Source of the DNA: an uncultured bacterium
Lineage (GTDB): Bacteria; Armatimonadota; Hebobacteria; CAIYQO01
Assembly (NCBI GenBank): GCA_964590255.1
Contig: CAZPYA010000006.1
Location: forward strand, 7,362-71,361
Reading direction: 5' to 3'
DNA: 64,000 bases
Shown here in pieces: positions 56,283 through 64,000 of this stretch. How positions within the stretch are numbered: the stretch's first letter is position 1; every line of letters starts with the position of its first letter. The translations under genes were made by a program, and so were the position numbers. A model generated the notes under the pieces. The model searched no databases and had not been told where the DNA came from. It saw nothing but the letters and a program-made list of their open reading frames with translations.

Positions 56283-57488
56283 CTAAGGTTTTTCGTAAAC
56301 CACTTCGCCGTTCACCCACGTCATTGCCGGCGTCAGGTCGTCATCCCACAGCACCAGGTCGGCGAGGGCGCCGGCCTTTAGCGTGCCCTGGCGGGTGAGG
56401 CCGAGGAGGCGGGCTGGGTTGGCGGTGGCCATAGCCCACACCTGCGCGGGGGGCAGGTCGAGCCACTGTAGCAGGTTGCGCAGGCCGGCATCCATGGTGA
56501 GGGCGCTGCCGGCCAGCGCGCCGGCCATGGGGTGGTCGCCACCGATGCGCGCGCCCTGGCCCGGCGCCACACGCACGGGGTAGCCCCATGGCGTGTCGTA
56601 CGTGCCGGCGGGCAGGCCGGCGCCGATGTTCGCGTCGGTGATGAGCATGACATGCTGAAAACCCTTAGCGGCGAGGGCGGCGCGGATGGCCATCGGGTGC
56701 ACATGCACGCCGTCGGCGATGAAGTCGACGCTGGCGCGGGGGTCGGCGAGGATAGCCTCCACCGCGCCCACCGGCCGCGCGCCCGGCTCCGTCTCCGCCG
56801 GCAGGTGAAAGACGTCGTAGAAATGGGTGGCGTGCACCGCCCCGGCGTCGATGGCCGCCGCCGTCTGTTCGGCGTCGGCGCGGGTGTGGGTGATGAAGGG
56901 CACCACGCCCCGCTCGCGCAGCCGCTCCACCACCGGCAAGATGCCCGGCGTGTCCGGGCTGATGGACATCACTGCCATGCGCCCGCGGCAGGCCGACAGC
57001 AACTCTTCCAGCAGGCCCACGTCGCCCGGCAGCGTGGCGCACCCCGCCCCCGCCAGCGCCATAAACGGCCCCTCCAGGTGCAGCCCCGGCATGCGCGCGC
57101 CCGGCACCGTCGGCAAGGCGTCGGCGGTCTCCTCCAGGTGGGCGAGGAGCTTTGGCCCCATTTCGCGCGGCACCAGCGTCGGCAGCACGCACGTCGTCCC
57201 GAACGCCGGCAACATCGCCCCCGCCGTCCGCAGCGCCTCCACCCCGGCATCGAACATCGCCAACCCGATGCCATGCACGTGCATGTCGATGAGTCCCGGC
57301 GACAACAGCCGCCCGCGGCCGTTGATGCGCACGATGTCTGAAAGATGGTCACTGTCTGGAACAGGGCGGGAGCCCGGCTCGCTCACCCACACAGCCGTAA
57401 TCACCCCCCCCTCCACCAGCAGGCTACCAGGCCGGATCACCTCGCCGGGGAGGACGAGCAGGACGTTGTCGATGTGCAAAGTGGTCAT
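56283..57488 (-). CDS. nagA: N-acetylglucosamine-6-phosphate deacetylase-like amidohydrolase
   Basis: SPGLIDMHVHG, HLEGPF and ATHFYD motifs. Start set at MTTLHIDNV (57488) because the upstream extension is AT-rich and overlaps a promoter. Confidence 0.75.
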   Translation of the reverse strand: MTTLHIDNVLLVLPGEVIRPGSLLVEGGVITAVWVSEPGSRPVPDSDHLSDIVRINGRGRLLSPGLIDMHVHGIGLAMFDAGVEALRTAGAMLPAFGTTCVLPTLVPREMGPKLLAHLEETADALPTVPGARMPGLHLEGPFMALAGAGCATLPGDVGLLEELLSACRGRMAVMSISPDTPGILPVVERLRERGVVPFITHTRADAEQTAAAIDAGAVHATHFYDVFHLPAETEPGARPVGAVEAILADPRASVDFIADGVHVHPMAIRAALAAKGFQHVMLITDANIGAGLPAGTYDTPWGYPVRVAPGQGARIGGDHPMAGALAGSALTMDAGLRNLLQWLDLPPAQVWAMATANPARLLGLTRQGTLKAGALADLVLWDDDLTPAMTWVNGEVVYEKP

Positions 57489-57568
57489 GGAGCTAAGATT
57501 CGGGGTGGGGGGGAGGCTTCCTGCGTGTCTGACTGCGATGCCATGAGGTAAATCCACTATGTTTGATA

Positions 57569-57597
57569 TTGACATCCGTCATGTTTTTGGGTATGAT
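57569..57597 (+). promoter_or_regulatory. Near-consensus sigma70 promoter
   Basis: TTGACA-17 nt-TATGAT. Confidence 0.65.
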
Positions 57598-57646
57598 TTT
57601 GTTGCAGTGAAAACTGTTACCCCCCCAATCGCTTCGGTGGTTGGGT

Positions 57647-57679
57647 GCGAGACCGCTTTCGGGCGGTCTCGCGTTTTTT
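57647..57679 (+). terminator. Rho-independent terminator placed 2 nt before the NYN gene's start codon
   Basis: GCGAGACCGC-tttcgg-GCGGTCTCGC followed by GTTTTTT. The ATG is at 57682. Confidence 0.7.
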
Positions 57680-57681
57680 CT

Positions 57682-58317
57682 ATGTATCGAACTTCCATCT
57701 ATATCGATGGCTTCAATTTGTATTATCGAGCGCTAAAGGACACGCCCTACAAGTGGCTCGATCTCGAAGCGCTGTCGCATCTGCTGCTGCCGAAAAACGA
57801 TATCCTGTGCATAAAATACTTCACTGCACTCGTGGCTGCGCGACAGCGCGATCCTGACCAGCCTATCCGCCAGCAAACTTACCTCCGTGCCATCCAGTCA
57901 TCGCCGCTCGTTGACATCATATATGGATTCTTTCGTCCTCCCACACCGGTCCGCATGCCGTTGGCGTATCCGCTGGCAGGTGGCCCCAACACCGTCGAGG
58001 TGCTGAAGACTGAGGAAAAAGGTTCGGATGTCAATCTCGCGACGCATCTCCTCTGGGACGCCGTGCAAAATCGGTATGACGTAGCTGCGGTCATCTCCAA
58101 CGATTCGGATTTGGTATGTGCCATCCGTATTGCTCGCGAGGAACTCGGTAAACGAATTGTCGTATTGAATCCATCACGCAACAATCAGAGTGTTGAATTA
58201 CAGCAGGTTTCGCATTATCTGAAGGTGATTCGCCAGACGCATGTGGCACAATGCCAGTTTTCTAACCCGCTTATTACGCCGAGTGGCCAGCAGATCCACA
58301 AGCCGGCTACCTGGTAG
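57682..58317 (+). CDS. NYN (LabA/PIN-like) domain nuclease, 211 aa
   Basis: MYRTSIYIDGFNLYY..KWLDL..EEKGSDVNLA..VISNDSDL.. is the NYN acidic-residue pattern. Local GC is well below the window average. Confidence 0.85.
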   Translation: MYRTSIYIDGFNLYYRALKDTPYKWLDLEALSHLLLPKNDILCIKYFTALVAARQRDPDQPIRQQTYLRAIQSSPLVDIIYGFFRPPTPVRMPLAYPLAGGPNTVEVLKTEEKGSDVNLATHLLWDAVQNRYDVAAVISNDSDLVCAIRIAREELGKRIVVLNPSRNNQSVELQQVSHYLKVIRQTHVAQCQFSNPLITPSGQQIHKPATW

Positions 58318-58347
58318 TCGCGATGGTCTTTCGTACTTCGTTTGACC

Positions 58348-58929
58348 TTACACCGGCTCCTCAAACAGCACCCGCACCCCCAGCCGCTTCAATTGGGCGA
58401 TAGAGATGGCGCTCAAGATGATGTAGACGACGAAGGGGATGATACCATACCAAGCAACCTCATCAGCATGGATTGAAAATGCATATGTAAACGAGCCGGT
58501 GTATGGCATGGGGATAAAAACATACCCGAGTAACCAGACAATCACAGGAAACGTAACTTGAAGTAGACCATTTACACCCGTCAGCAGTGTAATTCGCCGT
58601 AACGTCCACTTTTGTCGAAGCATCAAGCCGTGTGCAAGGCGGACATAGATCATCAATGCCATTGCGTGATAGAGCAAAGCGAGGATTTCGAGGGTCATGA
58701 CGTAGCCATGATCACGCCAAATGCGATAATGGGAATCGATCAGCATCCATCCAATATCAATTAGCAATCCAAAGCACACACATCCAAAGTATGCCGCGAG
58801 CATCCTTTGTAAAGCAACGACCACCCGCAACCGCCCCGGCTCCTGCACCACCACCGGCGTGGTGGGGTTGGCGGGCGTCGGCGGCACCAGCGGCGCTGTC
58901 ATGGCTTGCGTATTCGGTTTCTCTTCCAT
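58348..58929 (-). CDS. Polytopic membrane protein with a Pro/Thr-rich N-terminus; unknown function
   Basis: 193 aa with 4-5 TM helices. Low-GC body. GAAGGAA SD. Convergent with the NYN gene. Confidence 0.7.
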   Translation of the reverse strand: MEEKPNTQAMTAPLVPPTPANPTTPVVVQEPGRLRVVVALQRMLAAYFGCVCFGLLIDIGWMLIDSHYRIWRDHGYVMTLEILALLYHAMALMIYVRLAHGLMLRQKWTLRRITLLTGVNGLLQVTFPVIVWLLGYVFIPMPYTGSFTYAFSIHADEVAWYGIIPFVVYIILSAISIAQLKRLGVRVLFEEPV

Positions 58930-58992
58930 CGCGGTTCCTTCATCTCCATCACGGGTGGTGGCTTCCGTCCACGAATGCCACGGCGGGCGTCG

Positions 58993-59832
58993 CTATGGTC
59001 CGATGATTCCCAATACCCGCGCCGCATTGCCGCCTAATATTGCCGCCAGTTCATCCGCTGTCAGTGGCAGCGCCCGCAGGTCGGCCAGCGCCTGTGCCTG
59101 GTCGGTCCATGGCGAGTCGGAGCCGAAGAGGATGCGGTCGGCGCCGTGGGCGCGGATGATGCGCAGCGCCTGCGCGGGGGTGAGGCGCGGGAAGACCGGG
59201 GCATCGGCGGCGCGCCCGCCGGTGGTCAGGGAGTAGGACGTTTCCAGATACACGTCGCGGCCGACCAAATACTGCTCCACCGCGTCCCATTGCGCGTAGC
59301 CGCCCATGTGCGCGGCAATGACGGTGAGGCCGGGCACGGCGTCCAACACCCGCGCCAGTCCGTCGGGTGGGCAATGCGGCGGCGGGGGCAGGCCGATGTC
59401 GACGCCCGCGTGCAGCAGCAGCAGCAGGCCGGCGTCAGCCATGGCGCGGTACAGGGGCAGCAACCGCGGCTCGTCCACGAAAAAGCCCTGGTAATCCGGG
59501 TGCAGCTTCACCCCGCGGATGCCGTCGGCGACGAGTTGCGCAACCTCTGCCTCCCAGCCCTCCGCGTCCGGATGCAGCACGCCGAAACAGGTGAGCTGCG
59601 AAAATTGCGCGTTCACCTCCGCCGCCCAGGCATTGATGACGCGCACCTGCGACGGCTTCGTCGCCACCGGCATCACTGCCGCGCGGTCGATGCCCGCCCG
59701 CGCCATCGCCGCGCACAGCCCGGCATTCGTGCCATCGGTATACGCCGACACCTGCGCCCGCCCCGTCAACTGTGCCAACGCCCGCTCCGCCAGCGGATCG
59801 GGAAAAGTATGGGTGTGGATATCGATAATCAT
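58993..59832 (-). CDS. Metal-dependent TIM-barrel amidohydrolase (amidohydrolase_2-like)
   Basis: MIIDIHTHTFPD.. N-terminal HxH motif. ..GVKLHPDYQGF.., ..LLLHAG.., ..FGSDSPW.. Confidence 0.8.
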   Translation of the reverse strand: MIIDIHTHTFPDPLAERALAQLTGRAQVSAYTDGTNAGLCAAMARAGIDRAAVMPVATKPSQVRVINAWAAEVNAQFSQLTCFGVLHPDAEGWEAEVAQLVADGIRGVKLHPDYQGFFVDEPRLLPLYRAMADAGLLLLLHAGVDIGLPPPPHCPPDGLARVLDAVPGLTVIAAHMGGYAQWDAVEQYLVGRDVYLETSYSLTTGGRAADAPVFPRLTPAQALRIIRAHGADRILFGSDSPWTDQAQALADLRALPLTADELAAILGGNAARVLGIIGP

Positions 59833-60083
59833 TGGATTTGGTGATTCGTGCTGCGCTGTGCGAATCCCTGCCGCGCGCCGCTAAGGGAGGGGTAATCAGT
59901 AGTTGTAGTGGGTCATGACCATGGTCTTTGATACGAGAACCAACCGTCATATTTCCTTATCTCAATTGTCCGCGCAGGCGGACACCCGGCGCGCAGGCGC
60001 CCCGCAGCCGGGACTTCAGTCCCAGCACAGGCTACCAAACCATGGTACAACGTGTCGCCCCACTACAATTTCTGACTACTGAC

Positions 60084-60224
60084 TAATACTACTCCGTTAG
60101 GTCCAGAAGCTTGAGCGTATCTAATGAACAGAGATCGTCAGTCCACGAAGGTGGACTTCGTTTCTCCAGTCCCGGATTTCAATCCGCGGAACCAGAGGCC
60201 TCGACACGTCACGGAGTAGTATTA
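60084..60224 (+). ncRNA. Candidate structured RNA, copy B of the 36349-36431 motif, closed by a 14-bp stem
   Basis: TAATACTACTCCGT (60084-60097) pairs perfectly with ACGGAGTAGTATTA (60211-60224). Encloses hairpin AGTCCAC-gaag-GTGGACT and CCCGGA-tttcaa-TCCG(C)GG. Confidence 0.35.
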
Positions 60225-60257
60225 CTACTTACTGCTCCCCCGGGCACCCGCATCCGC

Positions 60258-60286
60258 TGGACGCCCCACTCCCGGCGCGGTATGAT
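60258..60286 (+). promoter_or_regulatory. Promoter giving a probably leaderless MraY-fusion mRNA
   Basis: TGGACG-17 nt-TATGAT, then 7 nt to the ATG at 60294. Confidence 0.45.
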
Positions 60287-60293
60287 ACGGGTG

Positions 60294-63200
60294 ATGCCCG
60301 CGAACGTGATATATCTGCTGTTTGCGCTCGGCACACTGCTTGTCAGCCTGTTTGCCACGCGCGCCATCCGGCGGGCGTTCTCGACGTTCCGCTCGCGCGA
60401 GCGCAAAGTGGGCAAAGAGCTGGTGTACCGCCACTACCCGCGGCACAAAAAGCCGCTGGGCGGGGGCGTGGCCATCTTTGCCGCGCTGCTGGCGGGGGTG
60501 GCGGTCGCCAGCCTGCCGCCGGTGCGCCAGGCGCTGCTGCCGCAATTGGACGCCGCGCAGCAAGCGCGCGTCATCGGCATGGCGTGGGCGTGGCTGCTCT
60601 GCGGCATCGCCTTCGCCGCCATCGGCTTCATCGACGACTGGCGCAAGGTGACCGCCGCGCGGGGCCTCAGCGAGCGAGTCAAGCTGCTGCTGCAGGGCGT
60701 GTGCGCGCTGCTCTTCACCGCGCTACTCATCTACTTCAACCTGCGCGTCATCCCCGGCCACCATCCCACCGCCGTCTTCCTGCCCTTCGCCGGGTGGCTG
60801 CCGCTGTATCCGTTTTTCATTGCCTTCGGCGCGCTGGTTATCGTGGCGGCGGCCAACGCGGTGAATCTCATCGACGGGCTGGACGGCCTGGCGGGCAGCA
60901 GCCTGCTCATCCCCTTCGCCGGCTACCTGGTGCTGGGCGGCCTGCTGCTGCACCCCACCACTCCGCCACTGCTGCCGTTGCTCGGGCTGTGCGCCATCGC
61001 CGGCTTCCTCATCTTCAACCTGCCGCCGGCGAAGATCATCATGGGCGATACCGGCGCGCTGGGGCTGGGCGCGTCGCTGGGCATGCTCGCGCTGCTCTCC
61101 GGCACCGAATGGCTGCTGCTGCTGCTTGGCGCGCCGTTCATCATCACCACCCTCTCGGTGATGCTGCAGATGGCAGTCATCAAGGTCTTCCGCGGGCCCA
61201 TCAAGCTGCTGCGCCACCAGACCACCGAAGTGTTCCGCCCCTTCCTCTGCACCCCACTGCACCATCACTTCCAGTGGCTGGGGTGGAATCCGTGGATCAT
61301 CCTCGCCCTCTACGCCGGCACCACCGTGCTCATCACCGGCGTCGCCATCCTCGCCTACGTCACGAACGGCTCCCCACTCGGCGCGTGGCTATGGGTGGTC
61401 GGCCTGGCGCTGCAGGTGGTCTTCCTGGTCATCGCCGCGCTGCAAAAGCTGGTGCAGGCAAACTACTTCCTCGGGCTGGAGGCGGTGGACGGCACCCACG
61501 ACCGCGCGCTGGTGCTGTATAAAGGCCTGCCGGCGAACATACTCGGCGCGCGCTGGTACGTGGTGGAATACTACACGGATATCACCGAGACAATGGTGAA
61601 CGATATCGCCGCGGAAGGCATCCTCTGGCGCAACGTCTCCGAGATCGAGGCGCACGTGACGCTGGGGAAGATCTACCACGCCCACAAGCGCTACGCGGGC
61701 GCCATGGAAGAGTGGGAGCGCGTGCCGGTGCGCAACCTGCTCATCCGCGAAAACGTGGTGGTGCAGCTCGGTGAGATCTACCATAAAGCCAACGACTACA
61801 TGAAGGCCATCAAGCTGCTGGAACAGCTCAACCCGGGCCGGCTGGCGCGCATCCCCGGGCTGATGGCGGAGATTCAGCACGCGAAGGTGCAAATCGGCAA
61901 CATGGCCGGCAAGCTGTACCATCAGGCGAAGGCGCACCTGAACCGCGTGGAGGCGACGGTGCGCGACGAGCACCCGCTCACTCGCGACGCTCAGGCACTG
62001 CTGGCGCGCGAGTTGGAAGCGGCGATGCAATACACCCAGCAACTGCGTGAGCTGCTGGAATACGAGCGTTACAAGGCCGAGCAACTCGGCGAGCTGAACG
62101 ACGCGCAGAACGGCCCCGACCTTTACCGCCGCATGGATACCATCCTCGCCGTGCGCCGCGACGAGCTGATGGAGGCGCTGCGCTGGGTGGAGACGCTGGC
62201 TGAGCCGGACGCTGCCACACCGCGCACCCCCGCCACCGAGCTGGCCGACGCGCTGCGCATGACCCCGGCGGAGATTTGCCAGGCGCTGGACGTGCCTGGC
62301 CCGCTTGCGGTGAAGAGCCTGGCAAAGCTGACGAAACCGTCGCGCAACACCCTCTACCGCGTGCAGACCGAGCCGCACCCGCCGCTGCCCGAGCTGTGGA
62401 TGGCGAAATGCTACGAGGACGAGCAGGTCACCTTCTTCTCCGCCTGCTACCGGCGCGAGCGCGGCGTGCTGCACATCCTCCACGAGGCGAGGGCGCCGGT
62501 GCCGCGGCCGCTGGGCGGCTACCTGGGCTCGCACCGCGCCGTGCTCTTTTTAGAAGACGTGGGTATGCAGGATCTGGCGGCAACGCTGGCCGCGCTGCCC
62601 GCCGGCGACCGCGCCGGGCGCCTGGCGCTGCTGCGCCGCGGGCTGCGGATGCTTACCGGCCTCTACACCCATGCGCTGCCCGTACTGCCCCGGTTGGAGC
62701 GCGAGGTGAAGAAAATCGTCAAGGAAGTGCTCACCCCCGACTACTTCCTCAACTCGGCCGCCATCGCCCTTAATCGCATCCTCACCCTGCGCCGCCGCCA
62801 GCTCACCGCCACCGAGCGCGACCGGCTGGAAATGGCATTGCGCCCCATCACCGCGACCGTGCTGGAGGCGCCCAAAACCTTCATCCACTTCGAATGCACC
62901 CCCGGCAACGTGCAGGTGGGCGACGACCGGGAGATCGCGTTGGACTTCGAGCAGTCCACCCTGGGCCCCGCTGCCTTCGACGTCGCCTCGCTCCTCTACT
63001 CGCCGGAAGCCGACTGTAGCGAGGCGGAACTCGACAGCCTTCTCGCGTTCTATCACGACCAGCTTCCCGGCGACGACCAGGGATACCTCACCGTCCAACC
63101 AGAGGTGCTGAATGCCGCCGCCATCCTGAAAATGGTCTTTTATGCCGGCTCCGCCGCCAACTTCTACCGCAAATTCGAAGACGGCGCCCGCCTCGACGCC

Positions 63201-63314
63201 ATGGAATGGTACCTGCGCACCGCCGAACGCCTCCTCGCCGCCCACCCCGCCTCCGCCGATTTGACCGAGCTGCTGGGAAGCTGCTGGCCGGCTGAGATGC
63301 GGAGCGCGCGGTAG
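60294..63314 (+). CDS. MraY-type phospho-sugar transferase fused to a helical/TPR-like linker and a C-terminal APH/choline-kinase-like domain
   Basis: MraY motifs FIDDWRKV, NAVNLIDGLDGLAG, IMGDTGALGLG and PLHHHFQ. C-terminus ..FIHFECTPGNVQV..ALDFEQS.. is a kinase-like catalytic-loop/DFE pattern. The start could also be 60282. Confidence 0.85.
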   Translation: MPANVIYLLFALGTLLVSLFATRAIRRAFSTFRSRERKVGKELVYRHYPRHKKPLGGGVAIFAALLAGVAVASLPPVRQALLPQLDAAQQARVIGMAWAWLLCGIAFAAIGFIDDWRKVTAARGLSERVKLLLQGVCALLFTALLIYFNLRVIPGHHPTAVFLPFAGWLPLYPFFIAFGALVIVAAANAVNLIDGLDGLAGSSLLIPFAGYLVLGGLLLHPTTPPLLPLLGLCAIAGFLIFNLPPAKIIMGDTGALGLGASLGMLALLSGTEWLLLLLGAPFIITTLSVMLQMAVIKVFRGPIKLLRHQTTEVFRPFLCTPLHHHFQWLGWNPWIILALYAGTTVLITGVAILAYVTNGSPLGAWLWVVGLALQVVFLVIAALQKLVQANYFLGLEAVDGTHDRALVLYKGLPANILGARWYVVEYYTDITETMVNDIAAEGILWRNVSEIEAHVTLGKIYHAHKRYAGAMEEWERVPVRNLLIRENVVVQLGEIYHKANDYMKAIKLLEQLNPGRLARIPGLMAEIQHAKVQIGNMAGKLYHQAKAHLNRVEATVRDEHPLTRDAQALLARELEAAMQYTQQLRELLEYERYKAEQLGELNDAQNGPDLYRRMDTILAVRRDELMEALRWVETLAEPDAATPRTPATELADALRMTPAEICQALDVPGPLAVKSLAKLTKPSRNTLYRVQTEPHPPLPELWMAKCYEDEQVTFFSACYRRERGVLHILHEARAPVPRPLGGYLGSHRAVLFLEDVGMQDLAATLAALPAGDRAGRLALLRRGLRMLTGLYTHALPVLPRLEREVKKIVKEVLTPDYFLNSAAIALNRILTLRRRQLTATERDRLEMALRPITATVLEAPKTFIHFECTPGNVQVGDDREIALDFEQSTLGPAAFDVASLLYSPEADCSEAELDSLLAFYHDQLPGDDQGYLTVQPEVLNAAAILKMVFYAGSAANFYRKFEDGARLDAMEWYLRTAERLLAAHPASADLTELLGSCWPAEMRSAR

Positions 63315-63315
63315 G

Positions 63316-64000
63316 TTATCCCTCTCCCTCCACCCGCCTCACCATCACCTTCCCCAATGCCGGGGCGGTCTTGACGTCCGCCGTGACGCCTTTCGGGGTG
63401 TAGAGGGTGAAGGTTTTCCCGTCGTAGGCGAGGGCGGCGGCGCCGGCGCTGGTGAGGGTGACGCCGCCGGCGGTGATGACGCCGTTGACGACCATCAGGC
63501 GGAGCGGCAGAGCGCCGCCGACGCGGACGAAGCCGCCGGCAGCGCGGATGTCGACGACGGCGTCCGCGAAGGTCACTTTCTCCGCGGCGAGGAAGAGGCG
63601 GTCTTCGCGGCCCTTCGCACTGATCGCCACGCCGGCACCATCGGCGATAGTCCGATAGGTCGGCGTCTCGGATGTGGGCCAGCGCGGGGTGATGAGCGTC
63701 AGGTACGGCTTGCCCGCCGGCTGCGAGATGCGCACGAGTTGCTGTGTCTCATACAGCTCGGGGTTCTGACAGTAGGGGAATTTCCCGGTGCTGGCGGCAT
63801 CGGTGAGAATTTGCGGGTCGGCCGGCGCGGCGATGAACAGGTCCACGTCCACCCCGCACATGCCGGGGAAGTGGTGAGTCTGGCCTTTCAGCACCGGCAC
63901 GGTGGCCGGGGGCGCGGGCTCGGCGGGGGCGGCGTCCGGGTCGGTGGGCGGTGGGGTGGTCGGCGCGCTCTTCAGCGCATTGGCCCAGTTCTTGCCCATG
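63316..64000 (-). CDS. C-terminal part of a protein continuing beyond the window; unknown function
   Basis: Open frame to the window edge, Pro-rich linker then a beta-rich domain. Stop lies 1 nt from the convergent MraY-fusion stop. Confidence 0.6.
   Translation of the reverse strand, partial: MGKNWANALKSAPTTPPPTDPDAAPAEPAPPATVPVLKGQTHHFPGMCGVDVDLFIAAPADPQILTDAASTGKFPYCQNPELYETQQLVRISQPAGKPYLTLITPRWPTSETPTYRTIADGAGVAISAKGREDRLFLAAEKVTFADAVVDIRAAGGFVRVGGALPLRLMVVNGVITAGGVTLTSAGAAALAYDGKTFTLYTPKGVTADVKTAPALGKVMVRRVEGEG

Noticed and set aside
57559-57681. The upstream ATG at 57559 as the start of the NYN gene.
   Set aside because: The 41 extra codons would cover a consensus promoter and a strong terminator, and they are AT-rich. 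Homologous NYN proteins, as I recall them, begin right at the M..YIDGFNLYY motif. The call remains uncertain because the 57682 ATG has no SD.

Overview
This is a 64-kb, high-GC (roughly 65%) bacterial chromosomal segment, densely coding on both strands. I count about 40 protein genes and saw no rRNA, tRNA or CRISPR array. All protein calls rest on motif recognition in the supplied translations plus inspection of start codons and Shine-Dalgarno sites; no database search was possible.

Gene content:
- A small housekeeping block: hpf, fused ispDF, and a PIN/TRAM yacL-like gene.
- Envelope and transport genes: a SERCA-like P-type ATPase, a Wzy/O-antigen-ligase-like protein, an orphan PTS EIIC, MscL, a MacB-type ABC pair, flotillin, and an MraY paralogue with a ~600-aa C-terminal extension.
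- Glycan-related enzymes: GH32, a GH42-like protein, a NagA-like protein, a frameshifted sulfatase, and two DegT aminotransferases.
- Several 600-1270-aa signal-peptide proteins of unknown function.
- Four type-IV-pilin-like (prepilin N-terminus, DUF1559-style) genes and one GspG-like gene, with no pilus or T2SS machinery in the window.

This mix suggests an Armatimonadota- or PVC-type organism, but that is inference only.

The most unusual aspect is the non-coding space, which holds:
- a ~150-bp MITE with 9-bp target duplications (3-4 copies);
- a GC-rich hairpin repeat family (more than 10 copies, some acting as terminators);
- a perfect 33-bp inverted repeat in a divergent promoter region;
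- an 83-nt two-copy element;
- a 164-nt palindromic element;
- a two-copy hairpin motif with compensatory base changes that looks like a structured RNA;
- a consensus promoter, hairpins and terminator placed directly in front of a NYN-nuclease gene in a low-GC islet.

I found no recognisable, complete novel multi-gene system such as a defence or secretion system. The candidates above are leads, not demonstrations. Long ORFs antisense to real genes are GC-driven shadows and were not called.
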